Shown here: piece by piece, positions 1 through 13,383 of the stretch
Layout: each line of letters opens with the position of its first letter
Position numbering within the stretch: the first letter of the stretch is position 1
Assembly (NCBI GenBank): GCA_963514005.1
Contig: OY740781.1
Location: forward strand, 182,342,001-182,406,000
Direction: 5' to 3'
DNA: 64,000 nucleotides
DNA from: Raja brachyura
Lineage: Eukaryota
Program-made: the position numbers and the translations under genes
The notes under the pieces: generated by a model
Seen by the model: the letters and a program-made list of their open reading frames with translations, nothing else
Database searches by the model: none
What the model was told of the DNA's origin: nothing

Positions 1-334
1 TCCTGTATGTAAGGATTCCTGTAAGGATTTAAAAAATTTCCAAGAAATGTTATTGACAATTGTGTCACTTAGATCGTGGCTTCCATTGTTTAACTGTTAT
101 AAACATTGATTGACTTTAGAAGAAATGAACACAATAGAATATTTACTGCTTGCTCCTGTTCAAATTTTGTTGCCCGTAAAAATGACGCAATACATTCCCC
201 ATTGGTGTTCAGGAAGCTGGAAGTTACTTATTTCACATTTTATGTTTCTGGTAATTGTTAAAGCAGAACACATTTAATAGCCGAAATGCCTTTTGTTGTA
301 ATATAGCTCCAGCAAGAAATTACCCAGCTGGACA

Positions 335-570
335 CACAAGGAACTGTAGATGCTGAAATCTTGAGTGAAGCACAAGTAAAGTGCCAGAGAAACTCAGTAG
401 GTAATGCAGCATCTCTGGAGGACATGGATGAGTGACATTTTGGGTCAGGCTCCTTCTTCAGGTTAGAACACTTGAACATTTCTTGAATCTGTAGAAGTGT
501 CCTGACCCTAAATATCCTCCAGACATCTGTCGGTCTCACTGAGTTCGTCCAGCACTTTGTAGTTTACAAC
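335..570. repeat. Penelope-tail (pseudo-LTR-like) short repeat, inverted pair, degenerate hammerhead core on - strand at about 430-464
   Basis: Contains ggaactgtagatgctg...aactcag...gcagcatctctggag...tgacattttgggtcaggctccttcttcag, the same motif as the tail of the Penelope element at 36111-37655. Confidence 0.7.
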
Positions 571-1503
571 TTATTTCGCTGGACAGTTCAAGATACAAAA
601 TATTGCTGTAATTGAAGATTGAAATGCTAAATAACAGGTGATAAATACAAGAAACACAGCTAACAGTGCTTTAAAATGTGTTGTGTTGCACGAACTGGAT
701 TTAGTACAAGAAGAGCTTGTGTAAGAAGAGTTACATAAAATTAATCATAATCAAAAATACAGAAAATGCTGGGCAAACGGGTCTGTCCTATATTTATTTC
801 TTGGTTGGAAAAATATATTGATTCTTTAGTTAGTCAACCTGTTTCCAATTTACTCTGGTTATAGAGCTAATTAATAAGACTATTTGTTAGGGCAGTCCAA
901 GTATTGAGTTAGTTAGTTAATTTATTTATTGCCATGTGTACAGAGATTCAGTGAAATGCTTGCTCTGCATGCTATCCAGTTGCAAGCATAAGATACTTGA
1001 GCACAATCGATCCTCTTCTGGAACAACACAAAAAGGTTTTGGGGCGAAGAGATATTCTCACTGTAACGTCTGGAGTCCTGGCAGCACTGGATCACTGATG
1101 GATCACGGCTGGTCCAATGCAAAGCCATCAGCTCCTTCCACTGCCACTCTGTGCTGCTGCTACAGGTTGTGAGCGACTCACTCATCTCACCTGATCTCAC
1201 CAAGTATTCATCAGCTGCCAGGGGCAAGTTTAATTATTATCATCTACAATACAGCTTATTAATTGGAAGTCCCTCTGAAGTGGTTTCTTAAATATATCAT
1301 AAATATACTGTATCTTAAATATATGAATTAGTGGTCTAACGCCTATTGTTTTGTTCGAGCTTGAGGTTCTAGGGAATACAGCATGCACCAACTAGCTTTA
1401 AAGAATGGAGGCTATCAGCTCCTTCCATGCCATAGTCCACACCAATCATGCATTTCGGACTTACTCGAGGACAGCTTTCAGTGAGCTAAATTGCTTTTCA
1501 TTG

Positions 1504-1547
1504 ATCAGGCAAAGTGTTTGTTAAGGAATGAAAACACTTTGCCTGAT
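1504..1547. repeat. Perfect 16-bp inverted repeat with 12-nt spacer
   Basis: atcaggcaaagtgttt ... aaacactttgcctgat. Confidence 0.85.
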
Positions 1548-2391
1548 TTAAAGCTAGTAATTAATCTGTTAATGAATCCCAAGGTTCATATGCTAATGAT
1601 TTTAGGTTCTCAGTGACCAAGCTGTGACTATCCTATACAAGATACTGGAAGTTGTCCTTGGACTTTGTGGTAATCATGACCATCAATGGTGTTATGGACA
1701 GATTAATCTACCACAGATCCTGAAGCAAGGTGACATAGGTTTACCCCCATGTCACATTTGCTTCCCACCTGCACAGACTAAGACTGGCGATTTTATCCTT
1801 TGTGACTCTACCAGCTAAGATTTTTTTTTCCTGTTTTTCAACATAGAGGTGCATTAACTCCGAGGGATGAATTGCAAGTAGTAACCAGGAGGAGGTTTTA
1901 TTTTCATTAATTGAAATAATGCTTTGAGACTCCATGGAGCCTTGAGTCAATGCTGAGAATTCTGAAGGCTGCCTTCTTTCTTCTTGTCATGCCATTGCCT
2001 CTGCTAGATATGTTCTCCCGGTGAGACAGGAAGTAATCTGTGATTGTGTAGAAAGAGTCTGGCACATTTTTATCTATGATTTTGTGATGGTCACAATGTT
2101 AGGCTGATGCTTGCTTAGTGTCTAGTAGGACTTTTTTCCATCTTGGATACTTGTCCCAAGATGTCTGTGAGAAATGAGTTTGAATCGGCCTAATTAGATA
2201 AAGATAACAGAGCAACTTGAATTTGTTATGAAATAATATGAGCATGTTCAAGATGGTAATCTCCACAATGCAGACAATTTCTACAAATTAATGAATCTAC
2301 AGGGCTATCTTCATAACAGCACTGATATACAGACCTACAAGAGCACAGCAGAAAATAATGTTACTGAACGCATTAACCTTTCACAGAGTCA

Positions 2392-2579
2392 AGGGCTTGT
2401 CCCACTTGGGCATCATTTGCGCCTAATTCACACGTCGTCATTTATCTAATCACGACGCACGAGTTGTGATGCGCGCATGGTGCGTGGTGATGTACGCAGT
2501 GGCGCGTGGTGCCCCAGGATTTTGTTATGTACAAAATCTTTGCGCGCCATCTGCGTGACGCCCAAGTGGGACAGGCCCT
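2392..2579. mobile_element. PIF/Harbinger-type MITE, 188 bp
   Basis: TIRs AGGGCTTGTCCCACTTGGGC / GCCCAAGTGGGACAGGCCCT; flanks TCA and TAA (degenerate TWA target duplication); CpG-rich interior. Confidence 0.85.
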
Positions 2580-3257
2580 TAAGTAGTCAGTGAGGCAAAA
2601 AGCACCAAAGGAACAAAAAATCTTTGATAATTAAGATCTTTGGCTAAATGTTTTCTGGTTGAACATTGGCATTTCTCAACATAGGCTATTATGAACAACT
2701 TGATCACTTGATCATCTGCACAGTTCCCAAATAAGAGGAATCCAAGACACAACTTTTTTATTTTCACAATGGGGTTGTGCTACTGGCGTAACACACTTTG
2801 GAAAGCCAGCTAATATTATCCATGACTTCTACATTGTGCCATCAAATGTATTTGAACAGAATGAAGCTCTGTTTGATTGTTCTCTGTCAAGTTTCACTTG
2901 TACTACGATCCTAGACATTGCAGCCCACTATTGATGATTGTGGGAATTAATAACCAACTTACAAGTGAACAGTTGTGCCAACAAGCAGGAAGTAAAGTAC
3001 CAAGCCTGAAGAAGTTCATTTTTATTCAAAGGAGGGTCTTGCATTTTATTTTTGTGAAGTACCATGACAAGTGAAAAACCAATAGGGTATAAAAGTAATC
3101 ATATATCTTAGAGGAAATTCAATGTCTTGATTTCATTGTTCTGCTTGAGACCTATCAAAACACTCTTAACTCTTCCCTGTACTGGAAAATCTACCAGAGA
3201 TGGTTATGTTCCTGATGATTTGTGATTGCACCAAAGCCAAACAATGATAGAATCCTG

Positions 3258-3560
3258 TGAAAGATACAAAATGCTGGAGTAACTCAGCGCGATAGGCAGC
3301 ATCTCTGGTGAGGAATGGGTGACGTTTTGGGTCAAGACCCTTCCCATTCCTTCTCTCCAGAGATGCTGCCTGTCCCCCTGAGTTACTCCAGCAATTTGTG
3401 TCTATCTTTGGTTTAGACCAGCATCTGCAGTTCCTTCCTACACAATAATAGAATCATCCTCCCTACTACAATCAGTGTGAAGAAGGATCCAAATCCAAAA
3501 CGTCACCTTTCCATGTCTTCCAGAGATGCTGCCTGACCTACAGAGTTAATTCATACTGTG
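3258..3560. repeat. Cluster of Penelope-tail short repeats (inverted plus direct copies)
   Basis: aatgctggagtaactcagcg...gcagcatctctgg followed by its reverse complement ccagagatgctgcctg...tgagttactccagca; a further copy has gtgtgaagaaggatccaaatccaaaacgtcacc. Confidence 0.8.
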
Positions 3561-5531
3561 TTCCACGCTTGTTGTTCTAGAACTCAATATGAAGAATAAA
3601 AATATTGTGAATTGTGTCTGCACAGCTTGCATAGAAAAAAATCCCAAATTAAATTTCACCACTGTCAAATGGATTGAATTCAAATAGTTCTTGCCAATAA
3701 CAAGAGCAACGCTAATTCTCCAATGACCAGCAAAATCACAGCTACCATTCCAATTTTACAGTTAATTGCTCTAATGTTAGAGCTAACTCCTAGAAATTGT
3801 ACTAGTAATTGCAAACAGAGGCAACAGAATGGAGCTTTGAGCATTTTTCTTAAATATAGCTTCATACTTTCCCCATTTTGGTAGGTGCATACAGTTAAGA
3901 TTATCTGTATACACCCAGGAATTATTCTAATTCCAGTTTTCGGTATCTATATCCATCATTTGTAATGACCCTTAGTAGTTCCATTTTATACTAAAAATGG
4001 TGCGTCCTATTTTTAATTATTTTCATTTGCATCTGATAGTATAAATGCCCAGAATTTCCATGCAGTAAATCTTGGCTGAGTACAATCATAATGGTTTGAT
4101 TGGAATCCACTTACAAGTAAAATCAGAAACACTCAATATCACCTCTCAATATAAATAGCTGGTTTAAATTGGTCTATTTAGGCCCATATTAATGGCACCA
4201 TTTAGGGTAACAGCATACCATGGAATGGATGGAGGTGAAAAAATATTACTTGATTGAGAATTCTTATTAGTTGTTGAAAATAAGACCCTTATCCTTTAAG
4301 TCTAGGTTGGATTTAGATCCACAGAGATGAAGGAGCATGTTTCTGAACCACGGACATGCAATCTCAGGGAATTCCTACTAATATGCTTATTCCATGTCAA
4401 TATCAACCTCTCAATCCTTTTGAAATTCAAATGTACTCTATCTTTTGGACTGAAGGATATTCTGCTTCACCACATAATGGAGCATATGTTGATGCCTTGG
4501 TAAGTAAGTTGACAAACGGACCATCCCATCCATGTTGAAAGTTTATGCACAGGAAGGCAATCAACCTGATGGTGATGTCACTAAATTAATATGCTTGATG
4601 ATGTCACTAAACTAATATGCTTATTTACAACCCCCTCCCCCCTAAATTGCAATGTTGTAATAATGGAATGCATTTATTTACATAATATGGATGTCACTAG
4701 TAAGACAAATATCATTCTTCATTATTGTTGAATGACATAAAAAATCAACTACTTTGTAGTGATTTAGAGCTACATCAAAGTCAGACCACACAAGGGCAGC
4801 AAACTAATACCTTGAAGGATATTAGTGAACTGGGTAGGTTTATACAACAATCCATAGAATTACAGTGGAACATAAGGAGATTACAAAGCCCACTGAGTCC
4901 ATTCCAGCTTTTGTAGTGTATTTCATCAATCGCGTTTCTTTTCCTCAGAGCCCCTTTTGAAAGCCTTATTTGACTCTGTTTCTACCACGTTACGGGTAGC
5001 GAGCTCCACACTTGAACAAACCTCTAAATAAAAGAGCGTTTTCACATTTTTGCCCACCAGTATCTTTTACTCATCACTTTAGGTCTGTGCCTCTAGTCCT
5101 TGAACCATGCATCTCTGGCAACAGTTTCTCTCTATTCCTCTTTAACTGAAGTAATCATGATCAGTTCATTTTAAGATAAGCATGAAGGTACTATATTCTG
5201 TTGGTATTTTCAAAAAATAAAGATCATTACATTGAAGTATAAAATTTTACTTGTGTAATATCCTTATCCAAGCGAATATGTAATAAATATCATCAGGAAT
5301 AGAAAACCTGCTTGTATTCTTTCCCTACCAGGCTAAGAGATACCAAGCTGAATTGTAAACCCTCACCCACCCAATGTACAACTTGAGGTGAGCTATTGTA
5401 CCAAAGCCTATTTCTAATGGCACAGCTAACCTCTGTCAAACAGCAAAACGGATCCATATTTTGTATCTGTCTAGTTACTTTTAATTGGTTCAGTCAGCTC
5501 TCTGTTCATTGCAGTGTTATCTTTCTTTCAG

Positions 5532-5618
5532 CTTGTTTCTCTTAAATGTAAGATGTAAAATGAAACTTGTCAGGATCTTACATGTTTTATTTTACATCTT
5601 ACATTTAAGAGAAACAAG
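5532..5618. repeat. 87-bp hairpin: 39-bp arms with 2 mismatches and a 9-nt loop
   Basis: CTTGTTTCTCTTAAATGTAAGATGTAAAATgAAACtTGT and its reverse complement flank caggatctt. Confidence 0.9.
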
Positions 5619-6524
5619 GAGAGAAGAGAAGTCTTGATTATGTGGAAGGGGAGATTACGTTTCCTTTGGAAGAGGAATTTAGAATTAGGTAGCATTATTT
5701 AAAACATTTAAGAACGATGAGATGATTTGTTTTCTTTCAGATGGTTGATTGTGACCCTTTGAAACTACCTTCCTCAAAGGGTGGTGGAAGCAGAACCATA
5801 TGTATATATTTAAAGCAGAGGCAGATTGATTTCTAGTAAGCAAGTAGGTGAAAGCAGGTAGACTAGAATGCATAACTGAGGTTATAATCAAAGCAAGCAT
5901 GATGGAACCTGATTACTTTTGCTTGCATGAAAATTAGAACTATATGAACCAATGCCAATGCAACTTATATTCATTTAGGCATTAAAACCTTTTGCTATGT
6001 TCTCTGCCTGATTTACTGTAACCACAGAGTGTAAATGAGAACACACTTATTTTGTAAAATGGTGTTCACGTTCAAAAGGCTTTTATTAGCTAAAGCAAAT
6101 CAATTCTCAGGAAAACCAAAAAATGCACATTTTAAACATTAAAAATTCTGTTAATTTCCATTGCTTTTCCATTGCTGGTAGTCATGACATGAGGTAACTT
6201 GATGTTGGTAGCATTGCTTCAAGGTTACAGAATACATTTCAATTATTCAATTCACAGTTTAATTAGTAGTATTAAGAAGTTTACAAATGAAGCCAAGTCA
6301 TTGGTGATCTGATGTACCCTTACCCTGTCAAAAAGCAGCCATTATGTACTGGAGTTTCTTTCTTTCAAGAAAACCAGTGATTTTTTTTCCCCTGTCAAAA
6401 TGATATGACTGAATGATTTTGAAGAATCCTCTTTATGCCTGAAGACTACAATTACAAAATTAAATTTAACACTTTAAAGATGTTATTAATTTAATAATGT
6501 ATTTTTTGTGTCAATTACAAGAGT

Positions 6525-6742
6525 CATGGGTCAAGAGTGCTTTTTATTAAGTGTCCAGAAATGGAACAATTAAACTCTTACTTAGATATGTAAACATGGT
6601 ACTCTGTAAACACCAAAATAAACAGGAGAAAGAACAAACAAGAATAGTGCATATATAAAAACAATACCCCCTGTCTATGTAGTTCAGAGTTTAGTTTGAG
6701 GTTGTTGTGCTTAATAGCCTGATGGTTGTTGGAAAGTACCTA
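6525..6742 (-). mobile_element. 3' tail of a Rex/Babar-like LINE
   Basis: Similar to 10650-10758 joined to 12124-12490 (aagagtg...gaacaattaaactcttactt...ttaatagcctgatggttgttgg). Confidence 0.55.
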
Positions 6743-7739
6743 TCTTCACTAACACATTTTTTACTAACAAAATAGGGGATAGACCAAATGTGCTAAGTAT
6801 ATTTCCTGAATAGTAGCAGATTGTACTACTATTGGACATTGGACAAGACTACATAGTATTCTGTAGTCATGTCCAATGTTTCACAAGCAAGCGAAGATGG
6901 ACTCCCACATCCTTTTGATAATGCTCCCTTAAGTGACTCTTGTCTGGCAGTTGGTGCAATTTCAGTTTGTCCAGATTCCCACTGATGTATGTTCCCACAG
7001 CTCTAAATGCAGAGGTACTTCACCTACTGCCCAGAATGTTACTTGTGAAACTAAAGTTGATTTCCGGACCTAACAACATATGTTACTGACTCTTGAAACA
7101 TAAATAATGACCACATTTTTCAAGGGGTTGTTGTTTTGGTTTTTACATATAAAATCAATCATTAATAATCTGTATAAAAAGCACGAAAGATAAATAGTTT
7201 ATGTTTGAATTATTTGCTTATATCTCAGCGCCTATATTTGTCCTGTGGAATAGACAGCTAAATGATACACTGGACCCACCAACCCCTGGAGTCCTTAGGA
7301 AAATATCACTATTCATCCTTAATGTAATGATTCAATATGTTCCATAAAAGATTAAATATCAAGAATATTGTGAAGGTAGAATACAAAAATGCTCATTGTT
7401 TTTTAATCATTTTTTATTGTTTTGAAAAAAATAAAATTTAATGTATATATATGTCTAGGTTAAACCACTAAGTATAAGTGAATTACAATGCTTTTTGTGA
7501 CATTTAATGTCGAATCCCTTTGTCAAAATTGTGGCACAGTTTAATAGTTCTACAGCATATTTTAGCTTTAGTATATTCTAAATTGAAATAAAATCTGCAC
7601 CACTGTACATACTGTATGGAAGGACACACACATTTATCTGTGCAGATTCATAATGAAGCAGTGAACATCCACAGATGACATTCAGCATGTTATCAGTCTA
7701 TGTTCAATTCTCTGCTTCCTTCCATGGAGCTAATTTTGC

Positions 7740-8025
7740 TATCCATTCAGCTATCTCTCCTTGGATCCCATTTTATCTAACCTTCCAGAGCAGCCTATCA
7801 TGCAGCACCTTGTCAAATGCCTCACTGAAACCCATGTATACAACATCTACAGCTTTGTGCTCACTTGCCTTTTTGGTCAAAAATCTCAATCAGATTTGTC
7901 AGACATGACTTCCCAGGTACAAAACCATGCTGACTATCCCCAATCAGCCCTTGCCCGTCAAAATGCCTGTATAACCTACCCCTCAGAATACTCTCTAATA
8001 ACTTCCCAACTACAGATGTTAAGCA
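7740..8025 (-). mobile_element. CR1 LINE reverse transcriptase fragment
   Basis: Minus-strand peptide LTSVVGKLLESILRGRLYRHFDGQGLIGDSQHGFVPGKSCLTNLIEIF. Confidence 0.9.
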
Positions 8026-10759
8026 GGGTGGGATTTTTTTTCCCCAAGTCATTGCACAGAAGGACCACTTGCACCATGGTATTTCTCTCTTGTCCTCTCT
8101 CCCAGAATCAAACATTTGAAAGCATGTACCACCAAATTCAAGAACATCTTTCTCACTGTTATCAGCCACTTGAATGTGCTAAGGTTGAATTCTTGATCTT
8201 CCAATCTAACACTTTTTTTTACCGACACTAGCTCTATAGCTGTAACACTATTTCTACATTTTGTTTTTCTTTCCTTCACACCCTGATATACTTATGTGTG
8301 GTATAATTTGCTTGAATAGCATTCAAACAAAGTTTTTCATTGTATCTCGGAACATGTGACTATCGTAATAAGCCAATAAATATTTGTTATACCTTACTTT
8401 CTGAATTTTCTTCTTGTCTTGAGATTTTAAGAGTTTGTTTGGGAAAGAAGTATGCTGCTTTTTGAGTAAACAGAAGACAATATATTAAACTGATATATGT
8501 GCGAAATTAAGGTAAATTGCACAATATATCATTTGTACCTGTATACAAATCTGGAATTGTGATATAATGTATTTTCAAGATATTTATTTAGTTTATTGGC
8601 TATAATCATCTGGAATTATTGTAACTAAAAGCATTTTATTCTGCAGTGATATGAGAAATGTTCCATTTGACTAATCTTCACCGGTTTCAAAATAATGTCT
8701 TAAAAGAAAAATTGTTCCCTGGGCACAGTATATTTTGATCAGTTTAAAGTGTTAATGCAGAACTGCTATTTTCTGTGAAATGACTTTGGAAGATAAATGA
8801 TCTCACCATATATCACAATGTGCATTTATCCTCTTCAAGCATGTTAGATAGAAATGGGTGGGATACTGGATTAAACAGTGGCCTTTCACCAATATGCCCA
8901 TGTTTGAACAAAGCCCAGACTGATAGGTAAAAGTTTCAACAGTCCACTGGCTGCAAGGGCACTGTGAGTAATGGATTTGGGCACAGACACGCAGCGAAAA
9001 GGCAAGCTTTTCTTTGGCACTCATTAGCACATTCACTCAGTGAGGCCACAAGATGGATAGAGCAGGACATGGGAAAAAGGACTGTCATATTGGACCAGTG
9101 GAGGGCCTTTGTAAGCTTGGAAATTAGATGCACTTTCAAGCAAAAAGTGAGTTTTACCCTTCATTTAATCATTATGCTGCACCTGACAAGACAGATTGTT
9201 GCTGGCACTAACGAGTACAAAAAAAAACTTTTAAATTAAGATTAGCATAAAAGCACGAAGTCAGCACCACAAAATCTGTTTTGTGCAGTGGAAAAGATTG
9301 TAATTCCTAAATTTGAAATGCTTGGGTGGCAGGGAATAGGTATGCTTTCATGATTCATTGCATGGTGGGCTCTTAAATGCTGCCATATGGAGCATTTACA
9401 AATTCCTCAGAGTAGACACTGTGGAAAGGAGCCCGTAGATAACAGTGATATTATGACATTGCCACGTGATGCGACCCATTAAATACAGTTGAATTTTAGT
9501 TTCGGAAGAACATCAGCAGAATCCCAGTGGAATGGTGGTTTTTAACCAGCAATTTTCAGAACCACTACCGAATCTCGTAAGTCTGGAATGTTACGGAGGA
9601 GATTATTCTACAAAATGTCCTTATAATCGTGTACCCAGGAAGGTAAAATTAGTTTATACCATGCATTATGTTTTGCTTGCTCAATAGTAAAACCATCCTA
9701 TAACAAGAATCATTCTACAGAGGGGTTTTCATTGATACTGTGACAGAGCCACGTTTAATGCATGACGTAACTGAAAATAGTGAGCAACAACAACCATAGA
9801 AATGATGGACAAATGCAGGATATATGGCATTTCTGATGAGTGGTTTGGGGATAGAGGAATGTAACAAACATTAAAATGCCACCCAGAGATGTAATGGTGA
9901 AAAGGAATAGACCATGAAAACAAAACAACATTCAAGGTCAAAAGATGGCGCACATTGTAAAAAAATGGTGCTTGGTTTGTTAATCTACTGCTACAAAAAT
10001 ATAATTATTATGTGTCCTACTGTGGCACAGCATGTGAGTAAATTTTTAATGACACATCCCAAATACTGGAAAGCCATTGTCCCTTTCAATCTGAGTTAAG
10101 CCGTCATCACCCCTTTGTTTTTAATGTCAATTTTCACTGAACCAGTCATCACAACAGCAGTAAGGTGATTAAAATTTAATGACCGTATGGTTTGAATTTC
10201 TATATTATAACAGTAACTACTCTTCAGAAGTATTTCATTGCCTGTAAAGAATTGTGAAAGGCAGCACACCTCTCAGATTTTATTAACCAATTATCATATG
10301 AATTTATACAATATGGAAAATAATGCAATATCAATTGATCGTATTAAATACAGGAGCAAACAGTGGTACTGTGCTGTGACATACTGTACAAAGAAAGCCC
10401 ATTGAAGTATACCAATAATATTTTGTTTTCAATCTCTGTTACTAGGCATTATTAAAATAATGTTCTAATAGAGTAATGACTATATGGCTGTACATTATGT
10501 AATCCTTTACAGCAAAACTAGTTTGCATTCACGTATGGACCTGCGGAATCAGAGAATTAATTGAATCATACTTTCATGAGTTTTTTCTACTTTTGGCGTC
10601 TTAGCTCCTGAAAAAAATAAGAGTTTGTAAAAGGACAAGAGAATCCAGTGGCATGAGTGTTTAATTGTCATATGTACTGACAATGTAACAATGAAACCCT
10701 TACCTGCACAAGTATAACATGCCTTTAAACACAATACTCATAGATAATATATGATAATA

Positions 10760-12123
10760 GACACTAGGTGCAGGAGTAGGCCATTCAATATGATCATGGC
10801 TGATCATCCACAAACAGGACCCCGTTGCTGCCTTCTCGCCATATCCCCTGACACCGCTATCTTCAAGAGCTCTATCTAAATCTCTCTTGATAGCATCAAG
10901 AGAAGTGGCCTCCACTGCCTTCTGAGGCAGGGAATTTCACAGATTCACAACTCTCTGCGTGAAAAAGTGTTTCCTCATCTCAGTTCTAAATGGCCCACCC
11001 CTAATTCTTAAACTGGGGCCCCTGGTTCTGGATTCCCCCAACATCAGGAACATATTTTCTGCCTCTAGCATGTCTAATCCCTTAATAATGTTATATATTT
11101 CAATAAGATCCCCTCTCATCCTTCTAAATTCCAGAGTATACAAGCCCAGCCGCTCCATTCTATCAACATATAACAGTCATGCCATCCTGGGAATTAACCT
11201 TGTGAACCTACGCTGCACTCCCTCAATAGCAAGAATGTCCTTCCTCATATTTGGAGACCAAAACTGCACACAATACTCCAGATGTGGTCTCACTAGGGCC
11301 CTGTACAACTGCAGAAGGACCTCTTTGCTCTTATACTCAACGCCTCTTGTTATGAAGACCAACATGCCGTTAGATTACTTCACTGCCTGCTGTACCTGCA
11401 AGCTTACTTCCAGTGACTGATGAACAAGGACCCCCAGATCCCATTGTACCTCCCCTTTTCCAAACTTGACGCCATTTTCTATCCATGTCAGTACCCTATC
11501 TCCAATACCATGTACTCTAATTTTGCGCACTAATCTCCTATGTGGGACCCGATCAAAGGCTTTCTGAAAGTCCAAGTACACAACATACACTTGCTCTCCC
11601 TTGTCCATTTTCCTAGTTACATCCTCAAAACATTTCAGAAGATTGGTCAAGCATGATTTTCCCTTTGTGAATCCATGCTGACTTGGACCGATCCTGTTAC
11701 TGCTATGCAAACACGCCGCTATTTCATCTTTTATAATTGACTCCAGCATCTTCCCCACCACCGATGTCAGGCTAACTGGTCTATAATTCCCTGTTTTCTC
11801 TCGCCCGCCTTTCTTAAAAAGTGGGATAACATTAGCTACTCTCCAATCCACAGGAACTGATCATGAGTCTATAGAACATTGGAAAATGATCAGCAATACG
11901 TCCACAATTTCTGGAGCCACTTCCTTAAGTACCTGGCTTGTAGACCATCAGGCCCTGGGGATTTATCAACCTTCAGTCCCATCAGTCTACCCAACACCAT
12001 TTCCTACCTAATGTAAATTTTCCTCAGTTCCCCCGTCACCCTAGGTCCTCTGGCCACTAGTACATCTGGGAGATTATTTGTGTCTTCCTTAGTGAAGACA
12101 GATCCAAAGTACCTGTTCAACTC
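10760..12123 (-). mobile_element. 5'-truncated CR1 LINE (ORF2 RT and C-terminus plus 3' UTR), internally deleted and containing stops
   Basis: DWRVANVIPLFKKGGREKTGNYRPVSLTSVVGKMLE...QHGFTKGKSCLTNL...VYLDFQKAFDRVPH, LYRALVRPHLEYCVQFWSP and FFTQRVVNL; CR1 3' UTR ends near 10760. Confidence 0.95.
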
Positions 12124-12945
12124 GAACAAAAAGAAAATACAATAAATTGACAAACTCAATGCTGTACAAAATATCTCAAAATACTTAGTGCAACCAAGAC
12201 AGTTCATAATTTAGTTAAGGGCCTTTTCCCACTTGGGCGTAATTTACGCGACATCCTAAAAATTGGTTGGCGCGTCGTGATGCGTGCATGGCGTGCATGA
12301 TGCGCCCATGGCACGTGGTGAGGCATGGTGGCGTATGCAGTGATGTGCGGTAGCGCGGCGCCCCAGGATTATGGGATGCTCAAAATCCTTGCACATCACC
12401 TGCATGACGCGCAATTGACGCCCAAGTGGGACAGGCCCTTCTGTGTTTTTGTAGTGTTCAATAACCTAATGGTTGTGGGGATGAAGCTGTTCCTGAACCT
12501 GGAGGTTACGGTTTTCAGACTTCTGTACCTTCTTCCCAATGGTAGGATTGAAATGGGAGCATAGCTAGGGTGATGTGGTTCTTTGATAATGCTGGATGCC
12601 TTTTTGAGGCAGCACTTTATGTAGATCCCTTCAATAGACGGGAGGTTAGTACCCGTCATTGACTGGGTGGTGTCCATGCTTTTTCATAATCTCCTTTGTT
12701 CCTGAGCATTTGAGTTGTCGAACCATGCCCTGATAGAACCAGTCAATAGTCGCTCTACTGTGCAGCTGTAGAAGTTCAAGAGGGTATTCACGACGTACAA
12801 AATCTCCTCAATCCTTTAAGGAAGTAGAGGTGATGATGCGCTTTCTTTATGAGTACATCTATCTGGTGGGCCCAGGATAGATCTTCAGAGACATGTCCAC
12901 CTAGGAACTTGAAGCTGTTGACTCTCCACCATTGACTTGTTGCTG
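12124..12945 (-). mobile_element. Rex/Babar-like LINE 3' fragment, interrupted by a MITE; its tail continues at about 10650-10758
   Basis: LPSIEGIY...CLKKASSIIKEPHHPS...LPLGRRYRSLKTVTSRFRNSFIPTTIRLLN is the typical C-terminus of this LINE group. Confidence 0.8.
12218..12439. mobile_element. PIF/Harbinger-type MITE, 222 bp, related to 2392-2579
   Basis: TIRs AGGGCCTTTTCCCACTTGGGCGT / ACGCCCAAGTGGGACAGGCCCT; left flank TTA, right flank not matching; interior shares gcgccccaggatt...caaaatc with the 2392 copy. Confidence 0.85.
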
Positions 12946-13383
12946 AACAACTTTCTGGTATTACAAAATGTAACAGCAGAAAGGCAATTCTTTGCCTTAC
13001 ATTATGTAATGGAATGCATTAAAAAAAAAACTAATAGGAGAACTAGTGGTCTGTCAACAAGAATTTCTAGCTGTCCAAGACTGCAACCGCAGCATGTTCC
13101 TTGAATGCTAGTCGCATGCTAAATGCAAGAGAAGTATTGCTTCATGATGACTACAATGTTTATTTTTGATAACAATAGTTGTATAAGATGCTGATTTTCC
13201 ATCATCGTGGCTGGTGTCATTAGATTTTGCTGCAGACTCTTTTTTTTTAAACAAACAGACCATAGATTTATATAGTGTGAGGGGATTTGGTGCCAGGTCT
13301 GGGAGACAAACATTGAACCATAGAATTCAGTTGCTGGAAAAATGAAATGAAAACCGACAATATTGGCAATACTTAATAGGTAA

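Noticed and set aside
4573-4622. 26-bp unit repeated twice (also small doublets at 23800-23880)
   Set aside because: Ordinary slippage duplications with no further structure.
10959-11420. 153-aa plus-strand ORF (also 7761-8231)
   Set aside because: Antisense shadow of CR1 ORF2.
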